Positions 46,250-56,564 of a DNA stretch of 64,000 nt are shown here, one piece after another. The position numbers and the translations under genes are program-made. This DNA comes from an uncultured virus (IMG/VR IMGVR_UViG_3300020056_001325). Taxonomy: Duplodnaviria > Heunggongvirae > Uroviricota > Caudoviricetes. Location of the stretch: the IMG/VR virus record IMGVR_UViG_3300020056_001325, one strand, 5' to 3'. Each line of letters starts with the position of its first letter. Positions within the stretch are counted from its first letter, which is position 1. Below the pieces are notes generated by a model. It was not told the origin of the DNA, ran no database searches, and saw only the letters and a list, made by a program, of their open reading frames with translations.

Positions 46250-47563
46250 ATGAGAACACAACCACAAGATATTATCGCTCAACTAGAAGCAGACAACTCA
46301 CGTTTGGGCAAAGAAGCAATCCTACAAAAAGCACACGATGAAGGACTACCAGAGTTCTTTGATGGTGTACGTATGTGTCTTGACGCACTTGTAACATTTG
46401 GTGTGAAACAAGTTCCAGAAAAAGCAGAGAACGAAGTATTATCAGCACAAGGACTTGCTTGGAATGTGTTTAAAGAACTTGCTGAAAAATTACAAAATCG
46501 AGAACTAACCGGTCATGCGGCACGTGATGCTATTGAATTGTCTATGAGTGTTGCAACAGCAGAACAATGGAATGGTTGGTATCGTAGAATTCTTATCAAA
46601 GATTTACGTTGTGGAGTAAGTGAAAAGACAGTAAACAAAATAGTACCAGGTTGTGTTCCTGTGTTTACTTGTCAACTCGCACACGACTCTGCCAAGCATG
46701 AAAAGAAAATGGTTGGCAAGAAACAGATCGAAATCAAACTAGATGGTGTTAGGGTTCTTGCAGTATGCAAGAATGGTAAAGTCGAAACGTTTAGCCGTAA
46801 TGGTAAACAGTTTCACAACTTTGGACACATCATTGAAGAACTTGAAACAGTATTAAAGGATAACCCTGCACCATACGATCTTGTGCTAGACGGAGAAGTA
46901 ATGAGTGCTAACTTCCAAGACTTAATGAAGCAGGTACACAGAAAGAGTGGAGGCAATGCCACAGACGCAGTTCTCCATTTATTTGATATGTGTCCTTTGG
47001 ATAAGTTTTTGGAAGGTGGCTGGGACAAACCACAATCGTTTAGAAGCCAAGCAGTTAAGGCTTGGGTAGACCAGCATAGTAGCGTTTTAAAGCACGTACA
47101 AGCGTTGGACTGGGAAGAGGTAGACCTAAGTACTCCTGAAGGCGAAAAACGCTTTGTAGACCTAAATAAAGCGGCTGTAGACGGTGGTTATGAAGGAGTT
47201 ATGATTAAGGACGTTGATGCTCCTTATGAATGTAAACGATCTCATAGTTGGTTAAAGATGAAACCATTTATTGAGGTATCATTGGAGGTAAAAGATGTCG
47301 AAGAAGGAACAGGACGGAATGTTGGTAAACTTGGTGCACTCGTTTGTGAAGGACTTGATGACGGAAGAGATATCAAAGTTAATGTTGGGAGTGGGTTTAG
47401 CGACAGCGATCGTGATAATTTTTGGAATGATCGTAGCACACTTATTGGCAATATTGTAGAAGTACGAGCAGACGCAATTACACAAAATCAGGACGGTACT
47501 TACAGTTTGCGTTTTCCAAGATTCAAAACATTTCGCGGCTTTGATGTAGGTGAAAAATTATAA
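46250..47563 (+). CDS. ATP-dependent DNA ligase
   Basis: EIKLDGVR, LDGEVM, YEGVMIK, WLKMK, VGSGF, SLRFPRF. Confidence 0.95.
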   Translation: MRTQPQDIIAQLEADNSRLGKEAILQKAHDEGLPEFFDGVRMCLDALVTFGVKQVPEKAENEVLSAQGLAWNVFKELAEKLQNRELTGHAARDAIELSMSVATAEQWNGWYRRILIKDLRCGVSEKTVNKIVPGCVPVFTCQLAHDSAKHEKKMVGKKQIEIKLDGVRVLAVCKNGKVETFSRNGKQFHNFGHIIEELETVLKDNPAPYDLVLDGEVMSANFQDLMKQVHRKSGGNATDAVLHLFDMCPLDKFLEGGWDKPQSFRSQAVKAWVDQHSSVLKHVQALDWEEVDLSTPEGEKRFVDLNKAAVDGGYEGVMIKDVDAPYECKRSHSWLKMKPFIEVSLEVKDVEEGTGRNVGKLGALVCEGLDDGRDIKVNVGSGFSDSDRDNFWNDRSTLIGNIVEVRADAITQNQDGTYSLRFPRFKTFRGFDVGEKL

Positions 47564-47648
47564 AAAGAACAAAAAACATTCTTTTTCTGCTTGACTTTTT
47601 TACATTAGGCTATATAGTTTTAACTAATCACACAGTATTGGAGATGAA

Positions 47649-48956
47649 ATGGCAGGTAAGAACCTATTAAAAGGATCCCCTAGGAAGAAAAAAAGAACTG
47701 TTGCACGTCGCGGAGCCAATAAGAATTTTGATATTGATTTTTCTGGTGCGGCCGAACTTAGTGGCGAAGCATATGGTCGACTAAAGCAATCTGCGTTTGA
47801 CAACTATCGTTTGGAGTACAAGGGTAGCGACTACAAACGTTGGGTTCTTGAATGGTGTAAAAATAACGAGCAATGGAAATCAAAGGCTAAAACATTATCC
47901 AAACTGCCTGACAGTCGTTTTGGTTCCACAGTTGGTGGATTGTGTCATATGCTCACATTAGGATGTCCAGATGTACACGAGGCATACAATAAGTACTGGG
48001 AAAGCCTTGCAGGAACTATGGGTACTCCTAAACCGCTATCAGAATCGGTAAATAAATTCCTTAGCGAGTTATATACACAAGCGGAGAGTATGGTAGAAGA
48101 AGTTAAAAAAGCAGAAGAAGAAAAAGAAAAGAAAGAAGCACCTGTAAAAATGAGCATACAGGATCGTATCCGACTCCAGTCTTATCAAATGAGTGAAAAG
48201 ATTGACGAATGGCTAGAAGTGTGGTTAGAAGATTTTGCTAAGTTTAATCCAAAAGGGTTTGATATTGCCAAGCATTTGCGAGAAGTAAACTGTACACAGG
48301 CACACGCTCGTAAGATGAAAGAGTTTTATATTCCTGAACAAGAGGAATTACAAAAAGTATTAGATATTCCTACCAAAGCGGCCATTGCTAAACTAAGCGA
48401 AGATGAACAAGAAGATTGGAATCAACTTAGTGAAGCATACTCTGTATATCCTAAAAAACAAATTCAAGTTAAAGTTAAAGCACTAGATTCACTTAACGGT
48501 GCTTTAGATGTTATTATCAATACTGCTAAAGCAAATAGAAAACCACGTAAACGTATCCGTAGTAAGGAAAAGATGGTTGCTAAAATGAAGTATGCAGTTA
48601 ATGATGACAAGTTCCAACTAGTAAGTATCAATCCACAGGATATTATTGGTGCTAGTGAGTTGTGGGTGTTTAACATTAAAACACGTAAACTAGGCAAGTA
48701 TGTTGCTAGAGTTATTGATCCATTACACCAAGGAAGAGAAGGTAGTGGATTAAGTGTTAAAGGTACTACTATACAAGACTTTGATGAAGAAAAGAGTATT
48801 CAAAAAACACTACGTAAACCAGAAGAGAAACTTAAAGAGTTTCAAGATGCTGGTAAACGTAAAATAGTTACATTCTTAGATGAAATCAATGCAGTAGACA
48901 TCAAACTAAACGGCCGTATTAATGCTGAAACTATTTTGCTAAAAGCCATACTGTAG
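47649..48956 (+). CDS. hypothetical phage protein
   Basis: 435 aa; LWVFNIKTRKL..GLSVKGTTI..KTLRKP..NGRIN; TTGACT promoter at 47591. Confidence 0.85.
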   Translation: MAGKNLLKGSPRKKKRTVARRGANKNFDIDFSGAAELSGEAYGRLKQSAFDNYRLEYKGSDYKRWVLEWCKNNEQWKSKAKTLSKLPDSRFGSTVGGLCHMLTLGCPDVHEAYNKYWESLAGTMGTPKPLSESVNKFLSELYTQAESMVEEVKKAEEEKEKKEAPVKMSIQDRIRLQSYQMSEKIDEWLEVWLEDFAKFNPKGFDIAKHLREVNCTQAHARKMKEFYIPEQEELQKVLDIPTKAAIAKLSEDEQEDWNQLSEAYSVYPKKQIQVKVKALDSLNGALDVIINTAKANRKPRKRIRSKEKMVAKMKYAVNDDKFQLVSINPQDIIGASELWVFNIKTRKLGKYVARVIDPLHQGREGSGLSVKGTTIQDFDEEKSIQKTLRKPEEKLKEFQDAGKRKIVTFLDEINAVDIKLNGRINAETILLKAIL

Positions 48957-48976
48957 CAATCTAGATAAATAATAAT

Positions 48977-50095
48977 ATGAGCAATAATGATCTTCAAGAA
49001 ACAGAAATCCTAGCCGTTAAAAACGGCCTTCAGCAGTTAGGTCAAGCAATTGACACCCTAGCGAATAGACAGCCACCTAAGGCAACGTTCACTAATGATG
49101 AAATTAGTGGCGATTGGGTACACGGTGGTATGATCAGCCATTTTACTAGTGTAGGTATTCAGGACCGTGCTAGTCAGCAGTCATTGATTGTTGAGAATGG
49201 TAAGATTTCAGTTGACAGTATTGATACTGTTAAACTTCTTGGAGATGTACAAGTAGAACGTAACTTAAACGTTGTAGGTACTGTACACGCTCAGAAGATG
49301 ATAGTAAACGAACTCCAAGCAGACGTCCGTAATGAAAGAACTAGTCCTTTAACTTTTAACTGTGAAGAAGAAAGTTTATACGGCAAGGGCCTTATGTGGA
49401 CTGGAGTAGATTACACTAGGCAACTTGTAATGCAGGCTCACCCAGATAGATTATGGTCTACTGAAGACTTTGATCTACGTGAGGGTAAAGAATACAAAAT
49501 TAACAATAAAACAGCAATTAGTGAAACAGCATTAGGTGAGTCTATTCAAGACAGTAGCCTAAGATCAGTAGGCACACTAAGAAACTTAAGAACTGAAGGC
49601 AACTTAATAATTGATCAATTTATCTTCTATGATGGAGATGGTATGCGTCTTGGTATTGGTACTGAAGCCGCTAACGGTCAATTAAGTGTTTGTAGCAATG
49701 AAGTTGAATACATTGTCGACCCTGATTACAATAGTGTAAAAACAGGAACATACACAACACACGATCTGGAAATAGTTACAGACGATCAAGTTAGAATTAA
49801 AGTTAAGGCTAACGGAAAGATTGAACTAGGAACAGATGTAGAAGCACAGGTTACTGTAAAAGGTAAACTAGGGATTGGCGTAAACAATCCTGATGCTCCA
49901 CTAAGTGTAGGTGGACCTATTAAATTTCAAGGTAAAAAATTCGAAATTGGAAATGAGGCTCCGTCAACTGGTATCTACGCAAGAGGCGATATTGTTTGGA
50001 ATGAACATCCAACCCCAACAGGATATGTTGGTTGGGTTTGCATTCGCGAAGGAACCCCAGGCGAATGGAAACCATTTGGCACAATAGGAGCATAG
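48977..50095 (+). CDS. probable virion structural (tail fibre-like) protein
   Basis: Beta-rich; LGIGT/LGIGV repeats; C-terminal GDIVWN..P..GWVC...GTPGEWKPFG; TAAATA upstream. Confidence 0.7.
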   Translation: MSNNDLQETEILAVKNGLQQLGQAIDTLANRQPPKATFTNDEISGDWVHGGMISHFTSVGIQDRASQQSLIVENGKISVDSIDTVKLLGDVQVERNLNVVGTVHAQKMIVNELQADVRNERTSPLTFNCEEESLYGKGLMWTGVDYTRQLVMQAHPDRLWSTEDFDLREGKEYKINNKTAISETALGESIQDSSLRSVGTLRNLRTEGNLIIDQFIFYDGDGMRLGIGTEAANGQLSVCSNEVEYIVDPDYNSVKTGTYTTHDLEIVTDDQVRIKVKANGKIELGTDVEAQVTVKGKLGIGVNNPDAPLSVGGPIKFQGKKFEIGNEAPSTGIYARGDIVWNEHPTPTGYVGWVCIREGTPGEWKPFGTIGA

Positions 50096-50096
50096 A

Positions 50097-50393
50097 ATGA
50101 ACAAATTTGAAAAGCACGTCAAAATATGGGCGTGGATGGGACGGGTGCTTCCTTTAACAGCACTTTTCGCACTAATACTAGTACTAATCTTTGACATAGC
50201 ACATTTTTACGATTGGGTATTACTCATTATAGCAGTTGGATTTGGCGTTACTGCCTTTACTTGGTGGTGGTGGGTTATCTATGCTGTAAAAAGTTTAACA
50301 GATATGCTTGAAGATAATAGATTAAAATTTCTTGAAGTTGTTAAAGAACTTAAAACTATTCGTCGAGATCTGAAGCGGGAACAGAAGAAGTAG
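50097..50393 (+). CDS. two-TM membrane protein with coiled-coil tail
   Basis: Two hydrophobic helices, WWWW. Confidence 0.75.
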   Translation: MNKFEKHVKIWAWMGRVLPLTALFALILVLIFDIAHFYDWVLLIIAVGFGVTAFTWWWWVIYAVKSLTDMLEDNRLKFLEVVKELKTIRRDLKREQKK

Positions 50394-50505
50394 ATTCTTC
50401 TTGATCAGGAAGTAGCAATGGAGGAAGGAATGGTTGATTTCTTTTAGATTCTTCTGCTATTCTTTTTCTTTCTTTTAAAAATTCTTCATGCTCTTTGTTA
50501 TACAT
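50356..50505 (-). CDS. small hypothetical protein (49 aa)
   Basis: Read manually: MYNKEHEEFLKERKRIAEESKRNQPFLPPLLLPDQEESTSSVPASDLDE; SD GGAGG; overlaps upstream stop. Confidence 0.5.
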   Translation of the reverse strand: MYNKEHEEFLKERKRIAEESKRNQPFLPPLLLPDQEESTSSVPASDLDE

Positions 50506-52063
50506 CAATTGCACCTCCCCTATAATCTTCAACTGACATATTTAAAAGTGATCTTTCAACATTGTTATTGGTAACGTCTGCTTGTAGACTTCCTGCGGCT
50601 GTGTAAGTAATGCCGGTATTTGCCGCGCCTGTTGTTACATCATTTGAAAGTTGTACTGTTGCAAGACTTGTATCAATAAAAGTTATTGTTCCTGTTAGTG
50701 TTCCTCTACCACCAACTCTTGTTACTTTTAATCCACCTGCTACATCTTCAAAATCAAAAATAGGATAATCTGCTTGTGGCGGATTTATTGATCTAGGATC
50801 ACCGGTATAATAAACTTCTTTAAGGGCTTCTTTAATAGTTGTTCTAACAGTACCAAATGTTGCACCATGGGGACAATTAACTGTTCTAACATACTGAGTT
50901 TGTTGACTACCTTGATCGGTATATGTTAATTGGACTTGAAAACTTAAAGAACTTCCGTATGCTTGTCTAACATGAGGGTCTCCCCAAGTAGTACTACTAT
51001 TAGTAAATGTATTCGCTGTGTTTGCATCGGTATAAGCAACAGTACAAGGCATAAATCTATTAGTGCCGCCTCCTGTATATTTTCCAACCAAGTAATCACT
51101 TCCACTGTTGTTTGTAATAGTGCCGGTTAATAAAGAGTTGCTTCGCGTCCATGATAGCGTTATTCCAGTAACAGCACCACCGAGTGTTGCCTGGCCTGTG
51201 TTAGCCGCAATAACCTGTGCTACGTTATTAGCGTTGTTGGCTAATCCGCCGCCCCCAACATAACTGCCTGTTTGTCGCCAAGCCATATTAAATGCTGTGC
51301 CAAATGAGTATGTGTATGGTGCCGCGCCAGTTGCTGTCGCAAGATAGAATGGTCCAATGTATACTGCAAGATATGATCCCCCACTATATAAACTAGGAAT
51401 AGGATCACACGTCATCTGGAATGACCAGGATCTTCCATTCTTTAACATTGAAGCAAAACTAGTATTACTATCAATAGCAAAATAATTACCGTTGTTTGCT
51501 AAAGTAAGTTCACTGCCTCCGAGAATGTTTGTTGGAATATTAATTACACAACTAGGTGAGTGCCTATATACTAAATTTCCACTTGGAACATCAGGATAAA
51601 ATCTAAATTTAAAAGATCCGTGACTAGCAGTATCAGTTTTTACATAAAAAGAGTTAGTGCTTGGCCCGGCTGATGTTAAACTATCAAAATAACTGTTTGT
51701 TCCGTCAACAGCAATCATAGTATTTCCTGTGTCTGCATTGTTATTTGTTACACCATTTGTAGAACTTATTAGATCAGCATTGCCATTTTCGTCACTACTG
51801 CTAATCCTGACCGGAATGCCTGTAAGTGTAGAATCTGCTCTAATAACTATTTCAATTCGATTAAATGGATAATAAACATCTTGATCTGCGGTAAAACTAC
51901 CAATTGCTAGTTTGCCATTTGTAAGGCTTAAAAATACAAAGATTTTTGATGTGTCATAGTAGGCTCTATAATCATTAAGAGCAACTTCAGTGCCACTTGC
52001 GGCCTGTTTATATTCTTGTTGAATGTCGTCTAGTGATAGTGCGCCGGTGGTAGGAAGGGGCAT
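50498..52063 (-). CDS. tail-fibre tip/adhesin-like protein
   Basis: MPLPTTGALSLDDIQQEY N-terminus; G/S/T/N-rich; coupled to the upstream tail fibre. Confidence 0.7.
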   Translation of the reverse strand: MPLPTTGALSLDDIQQEYKQAASGTEVALNDYRAYYDTSKIFVFLSLTNGKLAIGSFTADQDVYYPFNRIEIVIRADSTLTGIPVRISSSDENGNADLISSTNGVTNNNADTGNTMIAVDGTNSYFDSLTSAGPSTNSFYVKTDTASHGSFKFRFYPDVPSGNLVYRHSPSCVINIPTNILGGSELTLANNGNYFAIDSNTSFASMLKNGRSWSFQMTCDPIPSLYSGGSYLAVYIGPFYLATATGAAPYTYSFGTAFNMAWRQTGSYVGGGGLANNANNVAQVIAANTGQATLGGAVTGITLSWTRSNSLLTGTITNNSGSDYLVGKYTGGGTNRFMPCTVAYTDANTANTFTNSSTTWGDPHVRQAYGSSLSFQVQLTYTDQGSQQTQYVRTVNCPHGATFGTVRTTIKEALKEVYYTGDPRSINPPQADYPIFDFEDVAGGLKVTRVGGRGTLTGTITFIDTSLATVQLSNDVTTGAANTGITYTAAGSLQADVTNNNVERSLLNMSVEDYRGGAIDV

Positions 52064-54183
52064 TATGACTTCCTCAAATTATCTACTTTTTCGTTTAGTT
52101 CTTTAATTGCTTCGATTAGTAATCCAGCAAGTTTTTCGTATTGTACGCCTTTGAACCCGTCTTGTTTGGTTCTTACAATTTCAGGTAATACTTTTTCTAC
52201 GTCTTGTGCAATAATACCTGTGTCTTTCTTCTTGACAAAGTATCCATCTTCGCCTCCACGTTTATCCATATATTCTTTTGTCCAGTCAAAGAACACACCG
52301 TTTAACTGTTTAAGTTTATCAAGTGCATTATCAATAACTGTTATATTTTCTTTTAGTGCCATGTCTGATGAATAGTATGCTGTGATGTTATCTGTGGCTC
52401 TAATCTCACCTGCTGTACCACTTGCTGTAGTACCAACACCTAAACTACCGTGTGTAACATTGTCGTCATTATCTAAACCTAATAACTTACGCTGTGAACC
52501 AGCGGCATTACCTACGTTAGTTGCACCTAAGAATGTTCTACCAATGTTATAAAAATCAAATGTACCAGCAGTATTAGCACCAGTCCAATAAATTCCTTTA
52601 TCTGCCGCAGAAGTTAACCCAGCAAGTGCATCAAGGTCTGCGTCCCAGGCTTGTACATCTGTACCAATAGTTAAACCTAAACTTGTTCTTGCTGTTGCAC
52701 CAGATTCTAATACAAAGTTTGTACCGTCACCAACAATAAAATTACTGTCTGTTGGAGTCATTCCTGCAACATCTTGTAATTGTTGGTCAAGTCTAGCATT
52801 ATCAACTGTGCCTGTTAACTGACTCGCATCAATTGATTTGTTTGTCAGTGTTTGTGTTCCTGTTAATGTAACAACTGTAGTATCAATAGCAAGTGTTACT
52901 GCACCAGTGCTTACAGTTGACGTAAGTCCTGTACCTCCGGTAACTGTAAATGTTCCGCCTAATGCTGTTGCGTCTGTAGTAGTACCGTCACTAAAAGTAA
53001 TACTGCTGTTTGTTAATGACGAGTTTGCAATGTTTGAAAGTGTATTGTTACTTGCATCAATTGACTTATTTGTAAGTGTTTGAGAATCATCTAGATCAAC
53101 AACTGTTGCATCACTTATTGCAGTATTCAACTGAGCAAACGTCATTGTAACAGTATTATCATTAAAGTCAATACTTTTATTTGTAAGTGTATCTGTTGTT
53201 GCTCTACCAACTAGTGTATCAGTATCTGTTGGAAGTGTTAACGTACCTGTATTACTAATACTTGAAATAACTGGTGCTGTTAGTGTTTTGTTTGTAAGTG
53301 TTTGTGTTTCATCAATACCAACAACATCTGTATCAGTAACTGCCGTGTTTAATTCACTTAACAACATTGTAATCGTGTTGTTTTGGAATGCTAGTGTTTT
53401 GTTTACTAGTGTTTGACTACCTGTTGATGTAATAACGTTTGTGTCAATTTCGATAGTCATTGCATCACTACCGGGGAATGTTGTAATATCAATACCTCCG
53501 CCGCCAGTGATTGTTAACGTGTCTTGAACGTTGTCTGCTACTATAGGAGATTGCCCTGTAACAGCGATTGTTTTAAATGCTTGTTTTGCACCACCATAGT
53601 CAGCAGTAGCAACACCACCCGAAACGTATGCTGTAAATGCTGTACCATCTAGTGGAACAGTTCTATCTTCGTCTGTGTATAAATCAAATGTTGTTGAATC
53701 GATAATGTCCATAAAGTATTCATTACCGTTCAATTCTGTTGTACCAACAACATCTACAATAGTTACCGGAGTACCTTCCGCAAAGTCGTGTTGATTAACT
53801 GTTGTAATTCTAACTGGATTTGTTGTGGTAATAGTTTGAATACTTTTACTAACACCACCAACTAGTGCTGAAAATGTTAATCTACCACTATTGTTACGAA
53901 CAATACTAATATTAGTTCCTGCAACTAATTCAATATCTTTAGCATTTGCATTTACATCTGACAATCGTAAAGTAGTTGAAGCAAGGGGTACTTCGAAGTT
54001 ATACTGGACATCAAGAACAAACCCATCAACTGTTGAGTCATTTACGTTGTTCCAACGTACACCTTCACCAGGTAGGATATCTACATAGTCTGTAGTACTA
54101 TCTGCTTCCATAGTATGCAGTAGAGTACCATCTTGACTAAAGAGTCTTATTTGTCTAAAAAAATCGTAATATGCCGCTGTCAT
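52063..54183 (-). CDS. tail fibre protein with C-terminal intramolecular chaperone (peptidase S74-like)
   Basis: Thr-rich, five (Q/D)TL(T/V)NK(T/S)(L/I) repeats, YSSDMALKENI..GIIAQDVEKVLPEIV..Y.KL.GLLIEAIKEL. Confidence 0.88.
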   Translation of the reverse strand: MTAAYYDFFRQIRLFSQDGTLLHTMEADSTTDYVDILPGEGVRWNNVNDSTVDGFVLDVQYNFEVPLASTTLRLSDVNANAKDIELVAGTNISIVRNNSGRLTFSALVGGVSKSIQTITTTNPVRITTVNQHDFAEGTPVTIVDVVGTTELNGNEYFMDIIDSTTFDLYTDEDRTVPLDGTAFTAYVSGGVATADYGGAKQAFKTIAVTGQSPIVADNVQDTLTITGGGGIDITTFPGSDAMTIEIDTNVITSTGSQTLVNKTLAFQNNTITMLLSELNTAVTDTDVVGIDETQTLTNKTLTAPVISSISNTGTLTLPTDTDTLVGRATTDTLTNKSIDFNDNTVTMTFAQLNTAISDATVVDLDDSQTLTNKSIDASNNTLSNIANSSLTNSSITFSDGTTTDATALGGTFTVTGGTGLTSTVSTGAVTLAIDTTVVTLTGTQTLTNKSIDASQLTGTVDNARLDQQLQDVAGMTPTDSNFIVGDGTNFVLESGATARTSLGLTIGTDVQAWDADLDALAGLTSAADKGIYWTGANTAGTFDFYNIGRTFLGATNVGNAAGSQRKLLGLDNDDNVTHGSLGVGTTASGTAGEIRATDNITAYYSSDMALKENITVIDNALDKLKQLNGVFFDWTKEYMDKRGGEDGYFVKKKDTGIIAQDVEKVLPEIVRTKQDGFKGVQYEKLAGLLIEAIKELNEKVDNLRKS

Positions 54184-54227
54184 TTCAGTATTATTCCTTG
54201 TAACTATTGTATTTATTAAATATTGCT

Positions 54228-54800
54228 ATGCTTGTAATTGGCAACGGAGAGTCTAGAAAAGGTATTGACATAGGACAATATACTGGTATTAAAGTAGGAT
54301 GTAATGCAGTATATCGAGACTATGCTGTTGATCATCTAGTATGCTGTGATAAACGCATGGTTATTGAAGCACAAACTGGTGGTTATAAAGGCGTGATCTG
54401 GACTAGGAAAGACTGGAGTAATCAATTTAATGAAGTGCATACACTACCGCAATTACCTTATAGTGGATCAGAATGGATTAGGCCAGATGACCCGTGGCAT
54501 TGGGGTAGCGGACCTTATGCAGTATTGCTTGGTGCTATGCTAACCAAAGATACTGTAGATCTAATCGGATTTGATCTTTATAGCGAAACAAAGTTTGTAA
54601 ACAACATTTATAAAGGAACTAAAAACTACGATGCCGAAACCAAAAAGCCTGTTGATCCAAGTTATTGGATTTACCAAATAGGCAAAGTAATAGAGAACTT
54701 TCCCAATATTAAGTTCAGGAATTACAATAAAAAAATCTGGCCCGATAAGTACAGTAACTTAAAGAATTTAGATATAGGAGTTTTTAATGTCAGCAATTGA
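54228..54800 (+). CDS. glycosyltransferase-like Rossmann protein
   Basis: VIGNGESR, GCNAVYRD, LIGFDL; start reassigned to ATG 54228 after TAAATA. Confidence 0.7.
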   Translation: MLVIGNGESRKGIDIGQYTGIKVGCNAVYRDYAVDHLVCCDKRMVIEAQTGGYKGVIWTRKDWSNQFNEVHTLPQLPYSGSEWIRPDDPWHWGSGPYAVLLGAMLTKDTVDLIGFDLYSETKFVNNIYKGTKNYDAETKKPVDPSYWIYQIGKVIENFPNIKFRNYNKKIWPDKYSNLKNLDIGVFNVSN

Positions 54801-55437
54801 TTTTGTTCATCATCAGGCTTTTCCTACTCTAATCTCAACTTTTGAATTAGAAGGACACAAAGATGAAAAAACAGTTTTAGAATTAATCGAAAAGTTCGAA
54901 GCAACAGGAAATCATAGATTAGTTCACGAAGGCCAAAGTAGTTATATTAAAGGTGACGAACAATTCCTAAATGACAAAAGACTAACAGACCTATGGAAAA
55001 CAATTCAAGAGTGCTGTGACATTTATACACAAGAAGCAGGTATTGATTATACATTGCTTAGTACTAGTTGGTTTAATTGTTTGTATGAAGGTGGTTTAGT
55101 TGATGCTCACAGACACGAAAGAAGTGTTATTAGTGGAGCATACTATCCTTATGTTGATCCAGGCAGTTCGCCTTTAATTCTTGAAAGTCCTATTCAAGCA
55201 AACTTTATGAACACTAACAGTATCAACCTTACAAATTATAATCGTTACGAAATTGAATGTATGCCAAAGACAGGACTATTAGTTATTTTCCCAAGTTGGT
55301 TGCGACATAGTGTTCCTAGAAATCCTACACAAAAAAGATATACAATTAGTTTTAATACAGTTCGACACATGGACAGAGATTACTACTCTACTCTAAGAGA
55401 TTATAGGATGGAAAAGCATGAGAGCGTCGATAGTTGA
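54787..55437 (+). CDS. putative 2OG-Fe(II) oxygenase
   Basis: SWFN, HRH..SVISGAYY, IFPSWLRH, RYTISFN. Confidence 0.85.
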   Translation: MSAIDFVHHQAFPTLISTFELEGHKDEKTVLELIEKFEATGNHRLVHEGQSSYIKGDEQFLNDKRLTDLWKTIQECCDIYTQEAGIDYTLLSTSWFNCLYEGGLVDAHRHERSVISGAYYPYVDPGSSPLILESPIQANFMNTNSINLTNYNRYEIECMPKTGLLVIFPSWLRHSVPRNPTQKRYTISFNTVRHMDRDYYSTLRDYRMEKHESVDS

Positions 55438-56029
55438 CGGAACGTTTAGAAAAGCAACATATGATATCTTTCCTACACTAGTACAGGTGTACCAAGTTCC
55501 TTTTGGCACTGAAGAAAAAGAATATCTAAACAACTACAAAGACCTAACTGTATGGCCTGATGATATTGGCAATGGTAAAACTTCTAGCCAACATGAAATG
55601 AACTTTCTACATTCGAAAGAATTAACAAAAGTAAGAACAGGCATTCAGGATTGTCTTGACGAGTATTGTGAAGATGCAGGTCTTGACATTGTAGAACTTG
55701 GAAAGAGTTGGCTTAACATACAAGAGGAACAAGGTGTAATCAACAAACACAGGCACGAGTTATCAATTATTAGCGGAGCATATTATCCAATTGTTGAAGA
55801 AGGTAGTGCGCCACTAGTATTTGAAAGTCCTATACTTGGACCTAAAATGGCTGAAATACACAACAAGGCTACGTATTATACAACTAATAATATGGAGTTT
55901 CAACCTAGAAGCGAACTGTTAATACTGTTTCCTAGTTGGTTGTATCACTATTCAACACCAAACACAACTACAAAACGAGTAACTATAAGTTTTAATACGT
56001 ACCACAAAAGACTTGACAAAAGCAAATAA
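55418..56029 (+). CDS. putative 2OG-Fe(II) oxygenase (tandem paralog)
   Basis: SWLN, HRH..SIISGAYY, LFPSWLYH, RVTISFN. Confidence 0.85.
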   Translation: MRASIVDGTFRKATYDIFPTLVQVYQVPFGTEEKEYLNNYKDLTVWPDDIGNGKTSSQHEMNFLHSKELTKVRTGIQDCLDEYCEDAGLDIVELGKSWLNIQEEQGVINKHRHELSIISGAYYPIVEEGSAPLVFESPILGPKMAEIHNKATYYTTNNMEFQPRSELLILFPSWLYHYSTPNTTTKRVTISFNTYHKRLDKSK

Positions 56030-56041
56030 ATTGTATATACT
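56013..56041 (+). promoter_or_regulatory. sigma70-type promoter for queD
   Basis: TTGACA-N17-TATACT. Confidence 0.8.
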
Positions 56042-56054
56042 ATACAATATGTTT

Positions 56055-56113
56055 AATATAGGACTTGGCGTCACCCCTTCTAATTCTGCCGCCATTATAT
56101 ATAGGAGTTAATA
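56055..56113 (+). promoter_or_regulatory. candidate structured cis-regulatory leader of queD
   Basis: GC-rich island; TGGCG/CGCCA stem; loop TAATTCT complementary to SD region GGAGTTA. Confidence 0.4.
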
Positions 56114-56563
56114 ATGGGTAAACATTACAGTACAAAACATTATGGTCATAATATTGGCCTATCGGCAGTCTTTAGACAACCAAACGCAGATCATTCACAT
56201 TGCCATCTACTACACGGTTACAGTCTAGCATTTACATTCACATTTGGTTGTGATGAACTAGATAACAAAAACTGGGCAGTAGACTTTGGAGGACTAAAAC
56301 CACTAAAGGCTTGGCTAGAAGATAGTTTTGATCACAAGGTAGCAGTAGATCGAGCAGATCCATTTTTAGAAGAATTACAAAAACTAGAAGCACTGGGTCT
56401 AGCAGAACTAAGAATATTTGATGGTGTTGGTGCAGAGAAGTTTGCAGAACACGCATTTAATTTTGCAGACAAACTAATTAGAGAAAAGACAGATAATCGT
56501 TGTTATTGCGTTAAGGTAGAATGTGCAGAACACGGTGCTAACTCTGCAATCTACGAGGCGTAA
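56114..56563 (+). CDS. queD: 6-carboxy-5,6,7,8-tetrahydropterin synthase (QueD/PTPS)
   Basis: HCHLLHGY, VDFGGLK, FDH, GAEKFA, VECAE. Confidence 0.85.
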   Translation: MGKHYSTKHYGHNIGLSAVFRQPNADHSHCHLLHGYSLAFTFTFGCDELDNKNWAVDFGGLKPLKAWLEDSFDHKVAVDRADPFLEELQKLEALGLAELRIFDGVGAEKFAEHAFNFADKLIREKTDNRCYCVKVECAEHGANSAIYEA

Positions 56564-56564
56564 G

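Noticed and set aside
47685..47696. A-rich run GAAAAAAAG early in ORF 47649
   Set aside because: Explained by Lys/Arg codons near the N-terminus; no downstream ORF requires a shift
52830..53420. Recurrent TTTGTAAGTGT-like nucleotide repeats
   Set aside because: They encode the TLTNK peptide repeats of the tail fibre; irregular spacing and degeneracy rule out CRISPR or DGR repeats
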